Positions 1-8,823 of a DNA stretch of 64,000 nucleotides are shown one piece after another. The DNA is taken from positions 22,956-86,955 of the forward strand of contig JAFGPW010000007.1 in NCBI GenBank assembly GCA_016935985.1. The letters are read 5' to 3'. How positions within the stretch are numbered: the first letter of the stretch is position 1; each line of letters starts with the position of its first letter. The translations under genes and the position numbers were made by a program. Source of the DNA: Candidatus Woesearchaeota archaeon. GTDB lineage: Archaea > Nanobdellota > Nanobdellia > Woesearchaeales > JAFGPW01. The notes under the pieces were generated by a model. The model was not told the origin of the DNA. It ran no database searches and worked only from the letters and a program-made list of their open reading frames with translations.

Positions 1-69
1 ATCCTTAGTGCCCGCCACCAGCGAGGTCACCAATAGCAGTGCGATCAATAGGACGAATAGTCTTTTCAT
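1..69 (-). CDS. Secreted/membrane protein, N-terminal fragment (gene continues beyond left edge)
   Basis: Minus-strand ATG at 67-69 reads MKRLFVLLIALLLVTSLVAGTKD (basic n-region plus hydrophobic core). A purine-rich GGGGGAGAG lies upstream. Only 23 codons are visible. Confidence 0.4.
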   Translation of the reverse strand, partial: MKRLFVLLIALLLVTSLVAGTKD

Positions 70-242
70 GGTCTCTCCCCCAAAAGCATCTCGGTGATGA
101 TAACGCCGGTGGAAACGAAACAGGGTGCGCTGCCCGCATGGCTTGCAGGCATCACCCGCTTCCCCAACGCCCCATCGTATCAGTGATGGAGTGTTCCCTC
201 CCGGATGGTCATTAATATATCTTTCGGTCGTGTCTGCGAGGT

Positions 243-629
243 TCATACCAGGAACAGCGTGACCACGAACACCGCGATCCCGATGACGAGCGCGACGATG
301 CCGCCGACGAGCGCGACGCGACGCGCCTTTCGCTCCTCCTCGGTGAGCGGCCGCAGCTCCTTCGCGTGCTGCCTCTCCCATGCCGTGCCGACCGCGATGC
401 CGATGGCGAGCCCGAACGGGATGCCGAGCGCGATGTTCCCGAGGATGATGCCGAACACGATGCCGAACGGAAGGAAGGCCGCGATGCCGAGTCCCAGGTA
501 GTGGCCCTGCGGGCGCTTGCCGGTCTTCTTGTACAGCTCCTGCTGCTTCCGGTTCGCGAAGAAGGCGAGAACGGCGAGGATGATGATCATCGTGGCGATG
601 CCGACGGCTATGATAGGATAATGCTCCAT
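243..629 (-). CDS. Small multi-pass membrane protein (hypothetical)
   Basis: In-frame ATG at 629 (MEHYPIIAVGIATMIIILAV...). Gly-rich TM helices and GC3-rich codons. The 52 upstream codons of the track ORF are Arg/Pro-rich and implausible. Confidence 0.55.
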   Translation of the reverse strand: MEHYPIIAVGIATMIIILAVLAFFANRKQQELYKKTGKRPQGHYLGLGIAAFLPFGIVFGIILGNIALGIPFGLAIGIAVGTAWERQHAKELRPLTEEERKARRVALVGGIVALVIGIAVFVVTLFLV

Positions 630-717
630 GGGCAGATTCCACGGATCGGGATTATAAAAGCGTTTCGGGCGGGAAGCGGGGCAACGCTTAAATACTTCTA
701 TCCACGGAATTCCCCTT

Positions 718-957
718 ATGGCCAATGTCCCGGCAATCATCCTCGTCGTCGGCGGGCTCATCCTGATCCTCGTCGCCGCCTGCATGGCGCTCTACATCCA
801 CGCGCTCAGGCTCATCCTCAGGAAAGGGCTCGGCGAGGCCTACGTCATCCTCTGGGCGATCGGCTGGATCGTCCCTCCGCTCGCGGTGCTGATCATCGCG
901 TTCGTGATGGAGGGGAAGGCGCCGGCGGGGAAGCGGGGGAAGGCGAAGCGCAGATGA
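718..957 (+). CDS. Small membrane protein (hypothetical)
   Basis: 79-aa ORF with two hydrophobic helices and a basic tail (KRGKAKRR). Its stop overlaps the next ATG (ATGA at 954-957). Confidence 0.5.
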   Translation: MANVPAIILVVGGLILILVAACMALYIHALRLILRKGLGEAYVILWAIGWIVPPLAVLIIAFVMEGKAPAGKRGKAKRR

Positions 958-1040
958 GGTTCACCAAGACCCAGGCGATCGTGCTGATGTGCGTGGCAGC
1001 GGCGGCGCTCCTCTGGATCGTCTACCTGTTCTTCAGATGA
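954..1040 (+). CDS. Very small membrane peptide (28 aa), below the ORF-track cut-off
   Basis: MRFTKTQAIVLMCVAAAALLWIVYLFFR. GC3-rich codons. ATGA overlap with the upstream ORF suggests translational coupling. Confidence 0.35.
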   Translation: MRFTKTQAIVLMCVAAAALLWIVYLFFR

Positions 1041-1078
1041 GGGAAATCTTATTAAGCACCCGCACCCACCCGTCACCC

Positions 1079-1441
1079 ATGGCAGACGAAGTCCCGAAGT
1101 GTATCTACTGGACGCCGCGCGCGCTCGGCATCGTCTTCATCCTGTTCCTCGCGCTGATGTCGCTTGACGTCTTCGACATGGGTCTCGGGTTCTGGGAGAC
1201 CGCGCTCGGGCTCCTCATGCACAACATCCCGGCGCTCGTGCTCCTCGTCGTGCTCGCGGTGTCGTGGAAGCACGAGATCGTCGGCGGGATCGCCTTCATC
1301 CTCGGCGGGCTCCTCTACATCGCGCTCCTCGCCCGCAACCCGTTCGAGTGGTATTACCTAGCCTGGGCTGTGCAGATATCGGGCATCGCCTTCCTCATCG
1401 GGATCCTCTTCCTCGTCGGATGGCGGAAGAAGCGGAAGTGA
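1079..1441 (+). CDS. Membrane protein (hypothetical, about 4 TM)
   Basis: ATG at 1079 (MADEVPKCIYWTPRALGIVFILFL...). Hydrophobic helices and a C-terminal RKKRK. The earlier track start adds an unlikely Arg/Gly-rich leader. Confidence 0.55.
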   Translation: MADEVPKCIYWTPRALGIVFILFLALMSLDVFDMGLGFWETALGLLMHNIPALVLLVVLAVSWKHEIVGGIAFILGGLLYIALLARNPFEWYYLAWAVQISGIAFLIGILFLVGWRKKRK

Positions 1442-1445
1442 GCGC

Positions 1446-1718
1446 TCAGTCCTCGATGGCCCAATGATAGAGCGCGAGCGCTCCCTTGATCGCCGCCGAG
1501 ACGACGACATAGACGAAGAGCGAGAAGCCGACCATGAGCAGGAAAGCCCGCCAGTCGCCGAACCATGCGTAGAGGAAGGTTATCTGCAGGGGGATGTAGC
1601 GCCATACGACGATTCCGCCCTCCTCGAGCTGGACATGCTCCTTGAGGATGGGGAGCGCGAGCACGATGAAGGTCACGAGGACGTTTCCCCGCCGCGGCCG
1701 CAGGAACGAGAGGAGCAT
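1446..1718 (-). CDS. Small membrane protein (hypothetical)
   Basis: 90-aa ORF with three hydrophobic segments and GC3-rich codon usage. Confidence 0.45.
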   Translation of the reverse strand: MLLSFLRPRRGNVLVTFIVLALPILKEHVQLEEGGIVVWRYIPLQITFLYAWFGDWRAFLLMVGFSLFVYVVVSAAIKGALALYHWAIED

Positions 1719-1991
1719 GGGGGGGAGTGAGGTGAATAGGCATAATAATCTTTTTCTTTCCGCATCCTACATGCTCGAATGGAGGGTGATACTGGCCATG
1801 AGATCGTCCGGACGCGGATTGGCGGGGATAGCATCCGTTCCTTCCGGCCGGGATGCCTGAATCCTTCGGGGGGAGGGTCAGGGCGTTCGCGGCAACGCCA
1901 TCAGGGATCCATGCCCTTGAGAGGACGAGGTGTCGTCCCAAGGCCTTTTTCGTATACAAAGGATTAAATCCAATCGAGAGTAAGTCCTTTT

Positions 1992-2765
1992 TTAGAAGGG
2001 GCTGGGCAGTATGCATTCTGTTAATCTCTTGAAGTTATCTTCAACAACCTTCTCTATTTGTCTTGAAGTTTTCTTTTTTATCTGCGCTATTTCTACAACT
2101 ACATTTTTTATTAGAATTGGCATTCCTTTCTTACCCATTATGCTTTCAGGACCACCAGGATTATCTGTTTCCGTCAAAATCCTTTTCAGCGGAATGCTTT
2201 TCACAATTTTCTTACTATGATCTGAAAACATAATCTCTGGACCGACTGAAAAATAATATCCTTCTTTAATCATCTTTTTCAATGTACCCATATCGCCAGA
2301 ATACCAATGAATGATCACTTTTTTATTTCGATGTCTCTTTAACAATCTCAAAGCATCTTTTTCAGCCCCTTTTGTATGCACAGAAATAACTTTGTTCCTT
2401 GTCTCTTTCAAGAAAACTTCAAACACTCTCCTTTGTGCAGCATATTTGCTTTTGTCTTTTACAAAAAAATAATCCAATCCGATTTCTCCAATAATGTAAC
2501 TTTTCTTAATCAATCTCTTCAACGAATCGATCTTGTTTACATATTTGGATGCATTCCATGGATGAACACCAAAAGTTGGAATGATATATTTGGATTTTTT
2601 TGCGATCTTCAAATTTTGCCTGAATGCCGTTTCATCCAAAGATGTGGTTACTGTTAAAATCCTATTTTTTTGTATTTGATTAAGGACGCTATTGATATCT
2701 CTTCCAAATCTTTTATGCAAGTACATATTCAGATGGCAATGTGTATCGATTAACATATATGCCAA
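1992..2765 (-). CDS. TatD-family metal-dependent hydrolase/DNase
   Basis: MAYMLIDTHCHLN (HxH metal site), ...GEIGLDY..., VISVHTKGA, IIHWYSGD, LTETDNPG. All are TatD/YcfH hallmarks. The gene is about one-third G+C, against more than 60% in the flanks. Confidence 0.9.
   Translation of the reverse strand: MAYMLIDTHCHLNMYLHKRFGRDINSVLNQIQKNRILTVTTSLDETAFRQNLKIAKKSKYIIPTFGVHPWNASKYVNKIDSLKRLIKKSYIIGEIGLDYFFVKDKSKYAAQRRVFEVFLKETRNKVISVHTKGAEKDALRLLKRHRNKKVIIHWYSGDMGTLKKMIKEGYYFSVGPEIMFSDHSKKIVKSIPLKRILTETDNPGGPESIMGKKGMPILIKNVVVEIAQIKKKTSRQIEKVVEDNFKRLTECILPSPF
1998..2008. repeat. Left arm of an 11-bp perfect inverted repeat (GGGGCTGGGCA) bounding the AT-rich TatD island
   Basis: GGGGCTGGGCA at 1998-2008 is the exact reverse complement of TGCCCAGCCCC at 2796-2806. 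The G+C drop coincides with these arms. Confidence 0.7.
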
Positions 2766-2795
2766 TCAATAATGGACCTTAATTAATCTTATTAA

Positions 2796-2806
2796 TGCCC
2801 AGCCCC
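2796..2806. repeat. Right arm of the 11-bp inverted repeat (TGCCCAGCCCC)
   Basis: Exact reverse complement of 1998-2008. Confidence 0.7.
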
Positions 2807-2959
2807 TGACTCTTTCGTTTCATGTATCGCATTCGCTCTTTCAAAGACGGACGTATTCTAGACTCTGCGGACGCAGGTTCCCCACGCGTCGTATGGGAAA
2901 AGGATGTAACAGGAATAATACGCACTCCCTTTTTTCGGGACGTATCCTCTCCCGCCCGC

Positions 2960-3955
2960 CTACTCCTGCGGCGGCCGCCCCTCGATCCAGCGAAGCGGCA
3001 GGTACCTGCGCACGTGGCCCTGGTAGAACTCGGTGATGTTGAAGGAGGCGATGATGTCCTTGAACCTCTCGCGCAGCTCCATCGTGAGCCGCCGGACCGC
3101 CGGCGCGTCGAGCGATGCCACGTCCACCTCCAGGTCCCAGTCGCCGATCGTCTTCGACGCGTTGATCACCTCCTTCGCCTCGCGGAAGGCGTCGAAGAGC
3201 CCCTCCTCCCGCTCGGCGGTGAGGTTGTGGAGCGAGAGGAAGATGCGGTACTGGGACGCGCCGATGCCGCCGACGTCCACCGAATACCTGCAGCCGCGCA
3301 CCACCCGCGCCTTCCGCAGGAGCCTCATGATCTTGCGCATCGTCGCCGGGTTGATCTCCGCCTCCTTCGCGAGCCGGGAGACGCCCATCGTCGGGTTGAG
3401 CACCAGGGCACGGAGCGCTGCGCGCTCCTGCGGCGAGAGCGCCTTCGGCTCGCGGTCGCCGCCGATGATGATCTCGGGCTTTATCGACGACAGCGACGGG
3501 AGCTTCCTGACCAGGTACTGGCGCGGATAGAGGTGGGTCACCACGTTGAGCGCGACGGTGTGGTGCCGGAGGGTCGGGTTGTGGTCGACGAGGCGCCGCA
3601 CGACCTTGCCGAACCGGGACGGGTTCTCAGCCATCACCTCGATCACCAGGTCGTACTCGCCGCCGAGCTCGTAGACCGCGACCACGTCCGGGTCCTCGCC
3701 GAGCCGGCGGATCATCGCCGCCTTGTCCTTCTCGCCGACGTAGGCGCCTTTTATATACACCTTGAAGAGCAGCAGCCCGAGATACGCGTAGTCGACGACG
3801 CAGTAGGGGTCGAAGAGCACCCCTCGCCTCAAGAGCGACGAGACCCGGTACTTGACGAGCTGGGAGCTCTTCCGGAGCAGCCGGGCGAGCTCTTTCAGCC
3901 GGCAGCGCGCGTCCTCGGCGCGCAGGAAGACCAAGTCGAAGTCGGGTGCGGCCAT
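2960..3955 (-). CDS. Tandem (double) Lrp/AsnC-family transcriptional regulator
   Basis: Two HTH plus RAM-like halves: CRLKELARLLRKSSQLVKYRVSSLLRRGVL... and GVSRLAKEAEINPATMRKIMRLLRKARVV... A TATA-like box lies at about 3975-3990 on the minus strand. Confidence 0.8.
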   Translation of the reverse strand: MAAPDFDLVFLRAEDARCRLKELARLLRKSSQLVKYRVSSLLRRGVLFDPYCVVDYAYLGLLLFKVYIKGAYVGEKDKAAMIRRLGEDPDVVAVYELGGEYDLVIEVMAENPSRFGKVVRRLVDHNPTLRHHTVALNVVTHLYPRQYLVRKLPSLSSIKPEIIIGGDREPKALSPQERAALRALVLNPTMGVSRLAKEAEINPATMRKIMRLLRKARVVRGCRYSVDVGGIGASQYRIFLSLHNLTAEREEGLFDAFREAKEVINASKTIGDWDLEVDVASLDAPAVRRLTMELRERFKDIIASFNITEFYQGHVRRYLPLRWIEGRPPQE

Positions 3956-4031
3956 ATGCCAATTTTTTCCTTTACTATTATTTATATGTTGCTGTCCGAT
4001 TGACTGAAAATAAAAAATAATAGAGGAATAC

Positions 4032-4040
4032 TTATAAATA
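4032..4040 (+). promoter_or_regulatory. TATA-like box (TTATAAATA) for the 4064 gene
   Basis: 24-32 nt upstream of ATG 4064, consistent with a leaderless archaeal transcript. Confidence 0.45.
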
Positions 4041-4063
4041 GCCGAAAGCGTATACTGTTCTCT

Positions 4064-4891
4064 ATGTCACATGACCCTCTCTTCGGGTGGCTGGTAGATT
4101 TCCACATAGAGAGGAACCTCCCCCGCGCGCTGCGGTTCTTCAGGGAGGGGAGCATCCGGGACGATGACGGGAACCGGTACCGGCTTGACGGCGAGAACGA
4201 GCGCTACTATGGAGCGATCATCATCTCCGACGGCGAGAACATAGCCGACCGGCTGGTGCGGATCGAAGTCATCCACAGTGATGCGATCGACGGCTATACC
4301 GCCATCCCGACGAGAGAGGCGTTCATGGGCTACCTGGGGGAGAACCTGAACAGGGACGGGTCGTTCGTCTACGACTCCGTCAATAGGGGGATCACCCGTG
4401 TCGCGAAGGTGAACAACGAGCCGAAGGCCCTCAACGAGCGCCTGAAGGGCAGCGATCTCAGGTTCGACCGCCGCCTCCCGCCGGACTTCATCGCTGAGGA
4501 CGGGTCGATCGAGGTCAAGCGGACGAACCTGGGCCTGAAGACGCAGCTTGCGGCAGAGCTCACGTACGCCTTCCCCGACATGCGCATCTATCAGATCAAG
4601 AGGACTCCCTATGGCGGGCTCGGCATGGGCAAAGTGACCCAGTTCAGCGGCCAGGGCCTCCTCCAGGAGTTCTTCTTCCGCGCAGTGCCAGAAAAAGAGG
4701 GTTACAGCATCCTGGGCATCCATCGACAGTATGAGCCGCACGAGGACGGGATACGGCAGGCCGGGGGCGACCGGATCATGGGCGAGTACGCTTCCATGCC
4801 CTACACCCCGGACATGACCAAGAGGCCGGGGCTCGCAGACCGGGTACGCATGCTCTTCCGGCCTGCCATCCCTTACGCGGCGACCCTATGA
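4064..4891 (+). CDS. Hypothetical protein (275 aa), no family recognised
   Basis: Uninterrupted GC3-rich ORF with a TATA box upstream. Soluble-looking composition. The antisense track ORFs are Arg/Ala-rich shadows. Confidence 0.6.
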   Translation: MSHDPLFGWLVDFHIERNLPRALRFFREGSIRDDDGNRYRLDGENERYYGAIIISDGENIADRLVRIEVIHSDAIDGYTAIPTREAFMGYLGENLNRDGSFVYDSVNRGITRVAKVNNEPKALNERLKGSDLRFDRRLPPDFIAEDGSIEVKRTNLGLKTQLAAELTYAFPDMRIYQIKRTPYGGLGMGKVTQFSGQGLLQEFFFRAVPEKEGYSILGIHRQYEPHEDGIRQAGGDRIMGEYASMPYTPDMTKRPGLADRVRMLFRPAIPYAATL

Positions 4892-4901
4892 GGCGGTCCC
4901 C

Positions 4902-5528
4902 ATGGACCCGTTCGTCTTCATCGGCAGGTTCATCACCGTCTTCTTCTTCGCGCTCCTCTTCGGCTACGAGCGGCAACGCGCTCACAAGCCGATCGGCTTC
5001 GGGACGTATCTCTTCGTCTCCCTCGGCGCGTGCGCCCTCGCGCTCGCCGCGATAACGCTCAACCACGACAACCCGTTGCCGCTCCTCTCGGCGATCGTCA
5101 CCGGCATCGGCTTCCTCGGCGCGGGCGCCCTCATCCGGAGCGGCGACCGGATCACCGGCTTCACGTCGGCGGCGAGCATCTGGGTCTTCGCGATCATCGG
5201 TCTCGTCATCGGCGTCGGCGACCTGCTCATCGGCATCCTCCTCTACATCGGCGTCTGGACCGTGGTGCTGATCGACCGCCGGCTGAAGGAGCTCGGCATC
5301 GGGTCCTACCAGAAGAACATAGCGATATCATCCAACAAAGCGGTCGACGACGACGAGCTCAGGAAGGCCCTCGGCACCCACAGGTTCAAGGCGGTGCTGA
5401 TGGAGGTCGACAAGGAGAAGAACAGCATCATCATCAAGCTCGTCGTCGAGGGCGGCAAGGAGTTCATCAACCAGCTCCCGACGCGGCTGCTCAAGCGCGA
5501 GTGGGTGACCGGTTTCAAGATAGAGTGA
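4902..5528 (+). CDS. MgtC/SapB-family membrane protein
   Basis: FGYERQRAHKPIGFGTY...GIGFLGAGALIR...AASIWV is a typical MgtC N-domain, followed by a soluble C-terminal domain. Confidence 0.8.
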   Translation: MDPFVFIGRFITVFFFALLFGYERQRAHKPIGFGTYLFVSLGACALALAAITLNHDNPLPLLSAIVTGIGFLGAGALIRSGDRITGFTSAASIWVFAIIGLVIGVGDLLIGILLYIGVWTVVLIDRRLKELGIGSYQKNIAISSNKAVDDDELRKALGTHRFKAVLMEVDKEKNSIIIKLVVEGGKEFINQLPTRLLKREWVTGFKIE

Positions 5529-5798
5529 TCACTTCCCCTCCCAGTACTCCTCCGCCTCTTCTTCCATCCGCTCGAGACGGTCGTAGTAGTCAGGGTACTC
5601 GTTCAGGTGCGCGAGCGCGATCCTGCCGGTCATGAGCGGGTCGTCGTGCGTGACGTCGGTGGAGGCGTCCCTGCTGCCGTGCTCCAGCTCGACGTCCATC
5701 CCCCGCCTGAACTGGTCAACGTCGAACCGGTCCCAGGCGATGCCGAGCCGCTCCCCCACCGCCTTCGCCTCCTTCTCCGAGAACGCCTTCCTCGCCAT
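5529..5798 (-). CDS. Small conserved protein with ELEHG...AHLxEYPDYY motif (DUF5661-like)
   Basis: ATG at 5798 (the track start at 5807 is GTG). Motif GMDVELEHG...IALAHLNEYPDYYDRLERME. Lies 5 nt downstream of the preceding stop. Confidence 0.6.
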   Translation of the reverse strand: MARKAFSEKEAKAVGERLGIAWDRFDVDQFRRGMDVELEHGSRDASTDVTHDDPLMTGRIALAHLNEYPDYYDRLERMEEEAEEYWEGK

Positions 5799-5803
5799 GC
5801 GTC

Positions 5804-6721
5804 TCACCCCACCGACACCGACATGCCGTCCAATGGCGGCAGCGCGATCCAGCCCTCGAGCGTCTTCTCCTTGCAGCCATGACGGAACTCGTCGACCGAG
5901 GCCATGTTGAGCGCGGTCAGGATGTCATAGCAGGAGCAGCCGTAGGTATCGGCGACCGCGTAGGTCTCCAGCGGCTTGTCCTTGTCCTTCTCCTTCTCGT
6001 CCTTGAGCGTGTCGAAGACCAGGTCGTCGTCCACGAGCGCGTATCGGTTCGGCAGCAGCGCATCGAAGATGCCCTCCTCCGGGATGCCGGTGTCCGGGCA
6101 CCGGTCGTCCTCGTCTGGCACGCCGTCGTCATCGTCGTCCGGGTCGCACTCGAGGCTATACTCCTCATCGAGCACCTGGCAGCCGTGGATCGAGGTTATC
6201 ACCCCGTCGACGCAGGTGTCGTAGCCGTCGCCGATGTAGTCGATGTAGACCTCGCCGTAGCAGCCGTCGTCAGGGCAGTCCCTGAACGGGATGTCGATCT
6301 GCGAGCAGGAGCAGCCCTCAGCGTTCACTCCCTCGCCTGCCGGCGTCGCCGGGCAGAGGTCGGACGGGTCGACGACGCCGTCGCTGTCCGAATCCTGGGG
6401 TACGCAGGCGCCGTTGACGCACTCGCACTCCACATACCATGCCTCGGGCTGGTAGGAGCCGCCGACGTAGTTGCAGACCGACTCGTACAGCACGGTAGGG
6501 CCGTCGCACATGTCGAGATGGTAGAGCCCGTCCGCGTTCTCGTTCGCGCCCGCCTTGTAGATGTTGTAGCCGTACCCGCCCACGCCCGGTATCGGATAGA
6601 CGTGCGAAGGGTCGTCGGAGTCCTCGCAGACGTCGATAGCGAAGGCGAGCAGGATCACCGAGCCTGCGGCGACAATGCTTATGCCGCATATGATCCCCAC
6701 CATCGCGAACAAGTGCCTCAT
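5804..6721 (-). CDS. Signal-anchored Cys-rich protein with thrombospondin type-3-like Ca-binding repeats
   Basis: ATG 6721: MRHLFAMVGIICGISIVAAGSVILLAF. Repeats DSDSDGVVDPSDLCP and DPDDDDDGVPDEDDRCPDT. Many Cys. The upstream 449 codons of the track ORF are antisense to 7094-8737. Confidence 0.7.
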   Translation of the reverse strand: MRHLFAMVGIICGISIVAAGSVILLAFAIDVCEDSDDPSHVYPIPGVGGYGYNIYKAGANENADGLYHLDMCDGPTVLYESVCNYVGGSYQPEAWYVECECVNGACVPQDSDSDGVVDPSDLCPATPAGEGVNAEGCSCSQIDIPFRDCPDDGCYGEVYIDYIGDGYDTCVDGVITSIHGCQVLDEEYSLECDPDDDDDGVPDEDDRCPDTGIPEEGIFDALLPNRYALVDDDLVFDTLKDEKEKDKDKPLETYAVADTYGCSCYDILTALNMASVDEFRHGCKEKTLEGWIALPPLDGMSVSVG

Positions 6722-6761
6722 CGAGAAACGCACCTCTTTAGGGGCATCCCAAGAGAGATGA

Positions 6762-6773
6762 CTATTTAAAGAT
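6762..6773 (-). promoter_or_regulatory. TATA-like box (minus strand ATCTTTAAATAG) for the 6721 gene
   Basis: About 40 nt upstream of ATG 6721. Confidence 0.4.
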
Positions 6774-6780
6774 TTTGCCC

Positions 6781-6987
6781 TCAGCAGCCCCTGACGTGCT
6801 GCAGGTGGCCGATGAGGCGGCCGAGGACCACGCCGATGATCACGCCGAGCGCCATGCCGACGACATAGTTGCCGGCCCACTCGCCGATCAGCCCGCCGAG
6901 CATCAGCCCGAGGATGAAGCCGGCGACGGTCATCACCTTGATGCGCTTCGGCATCGACTGCTCCACCGAGGAATCGGCCTCGTTCAT
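6781..6987 (-). CDS. Small glycine-zipper membrane protein (hypothetical)
   Basis: 68 aa with GFILGLMLGGLIGEWAGNYVVGMALGVIIGVVLG. A TATA-like GCTTTTATAGCC lies about 25 nt upstream on the minus strand. Confidence 0.45.
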   Translation of the reverse strand: MNEADSSVEQSMPKRIKVMTVAGFILGLMLGGLIGEWAGNYVVGMALGVIIGVVLGRLIGHLQHVRGC

Positions 6988-7093
6988 GCGGGCAGCGATG
7001 ATTAACGGCTATAAAAGCATTCCCTTTATTATCATAGTAGTAACAGGGGCCACCGACACCTTTATTAACGTCATTCCCCCGGCGACCACCACC

Positions 7094-8737
7094 ATGCGAC
7101 CGCTCATCCTCATCCTGACGCTCATCGCCATCCTTCCCCTCGCCGCAGCCGTCACCTGCGAGGAGTTCGGGCCGGTCGGGCTCGGCACCACGCTCGAGCC
7201 GGAAATCGACAACATCGAGTACGAGGTCGAGTTCGTCGAGCTCGCTGGCTTCCGCGCAGAGTTCGAGGTGGAGGGCGAATCCACCGGCCTTCTCGACATC
7301 GGGGACTCCTTCAGGACCGCTGACGGCCACCTCTTCACCCTCGACGCGCTCGACGACGAGGACACCCAGGCGCTGATCCGCTTCCTCACGGTGGATCCAG
7401 AGGAGACGCTCCTTTCGGATACGGTGGAGGACGGCGCCGCGCTCTCCTACACCCTGGAAGGCGACGAGCACGACCTCGAGGTGCTCGGCCTCTCGGAGAC
7501 CGAGGCCAGGTTCGAGATCGACGGCCACCAGACAGGCGGCATGGAGGAAGGCGACGAGTACGAGTTCGGCGACAACCTGATGCTCAGGCTCACCACGATC
7601 TCCTGGGCCGCGCCGACAGCGGAGTTCACCCTCTGCGCCGCCGAGGGCTACGCCCCCGACCTTGCGGTGCAGAGCTTTTCCATCGAGCCGTCGAGCCCCT
7701 CTGTCGGCGACGAGGTCAGGATCAGCTTCGTAATTGTGAACCAGGGAAAAGCGACGGATATCAGCCCCTCGGCGCGGGTCGAGTGGGACGACAGCGGCAT
7801 ACCGGGCGAGGGCTGGACGCTCGAGGACATGCGCCCCGGCGCCGAGAAGGGGCTCGAGTACACCACCATCATCACGAAGCCCGGTGCCTACATCGCCCAG
7901 CTGCGCCTCAACGACCGCACCTGCTCCGGCTGCCGTGAGGAATCGACCCTCGCCAACAACTATCGGAACCGGTCGGTTGAGGTGGGCTACCGCGACGCGC
8001 CCGAAGGCGAGGCGTTCCTCGCGGCACGGGGATCGTACTGGCGCTTCCCGGACGGCAGCGTCTTCCACCTCCAGACTGTCCTCTCCTCATCCGTCACCTT
8101 CGAGATAACGACGGCAGGCCACACGGTCCAGCGGCTCTTCGCCAAGGGCGAGGAGACGCGCGTCGGCGACGCTCTCCTCCGGGTCGAGGAGATCGACACC
8201 TCGTCGGCGAGCGCCCGCCTGATCATCGATCCGGAGGACACGGACGTCGAGTGGTGCGTGACCGCGGCCGACTGCGACGACGGCTACCGCACGACGATCG
8301 ACAGCTGCGAGGGGAATCCTCCGCGGTGCGTGCATGCCCAGATAACCGCCTGCGCCGGCGGCGACGGCTACTGCCCGTCAGGCTGCACGTATGACGATGA
8401 CACCGACTGCGCCCGGCCGAACGCCTGCCAGACAGCATCAGACTGTGATGACGATGACGCCTGCACCTTCGACCGATGCGAAGGCGACCCCAAGGAGTGC
8501 ACCCACCAGCGCCTGGCCGAGGGCTGCAGCGTGGGCAGGGACTGCTACCAGGTCGGCCAGGTCACGGAGGGCGAGTACTGCGCGACGGACCTCGCGATGG
8601 CGCAGCGGAAGGCCGAGGGCGAGCCGTGCGCCGAGGGCTACGAGTGCGAGAGCGGCGTCTGCGGCGGCGACGCCTGCGTGAGGCCCGGCTTCCTGAAGCG
8701 CATCCTCGCCTGGTTCGCCGGGCTCTTCGGCGGGTAG
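7094..8737 (+). CDS. Secreted, C-terminally anchored protein with a CARDB-like domain and Cys-rich (CxxxDCDD...C) repeats
   Basis: ATG 7094: MRPLILILTLIAILPLAAAV (signal peptide). DLAVQSFSIEPSSPSVGDEVRISFVIVNQG is CARDB-like. CVTAADCDDGYRTTIDSCEGNPPRCVH and CQTASDCDDDDACTFDRCEGDPKECTH are repeats. Hydrophobic C-terminus ILAWFAGLFGG. Confidence 0.75.
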   Translation: MRPLILILTLIAILPLAAAVTCEEFGPVGLGTTLEPEIDNIEYEVEFVELAGFRAEFEVEGESTGLLDIGDSFRTADGHLFTLDALDDEDTQALIRFLTVDPEETLLSDTVEDGAALSYTLEGDEHDLEVLGLSETEARFEIDGHQTGGMEEGDEYEFGDNLMLRLTTISWAAPTAEFTLCAAEGYAPDLAVQSFSIEPSSPSVGDEVRISFVIVNQGKATDISPSARVEWDDSGIPGEGWTLEDMRPGAEKGLEYTTIITKPGAYIAQLRLNDRTCSGCREESTLANNYRNRSVEVGYRDAPEGEAFLAARGSYWRFPDGSVFHLQTVLSSSVTFEITTAGHTVQRLFAKGEETRVGDALLRVEEIDTSSASARLIIDPEDTDVEWCVTAADCDDGYRTTIDSCEGNPPRCVHAQITACAGGDGYCPSGCTYDDDTDCARPNACQTASDCDDDDACTFDRCEGDPKECTHQRLAEGCSVGRDCYQVGQVTEGEYCATDLAMAQRKAEGEPCAEGYECESGVCGGDACVRPGFLKRILAWFAGLFGG

Positions 8738-8823
8738 GCGCACGGTTGCGTTTCGGTTTCCCGGAACTTCTTTTATATGCGCTCATCCTTCTTACAGGCA
8801 TCGACCAATCAAGGTGATACCGC

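Noticed and set aside
1719-1991. The 270-bp GC-rich gap left of the TatD island, with track ORFs 1642-1860 and 1779-1967 and the hairpin GGCGTT-CGCGGC-AACGCC.
   Set aside because: The ORFs are short and Arg/Gly-rich, with no promoter or motif. It could be a decayed target gene of the insertion, but I could not reconstruct any reading frame.
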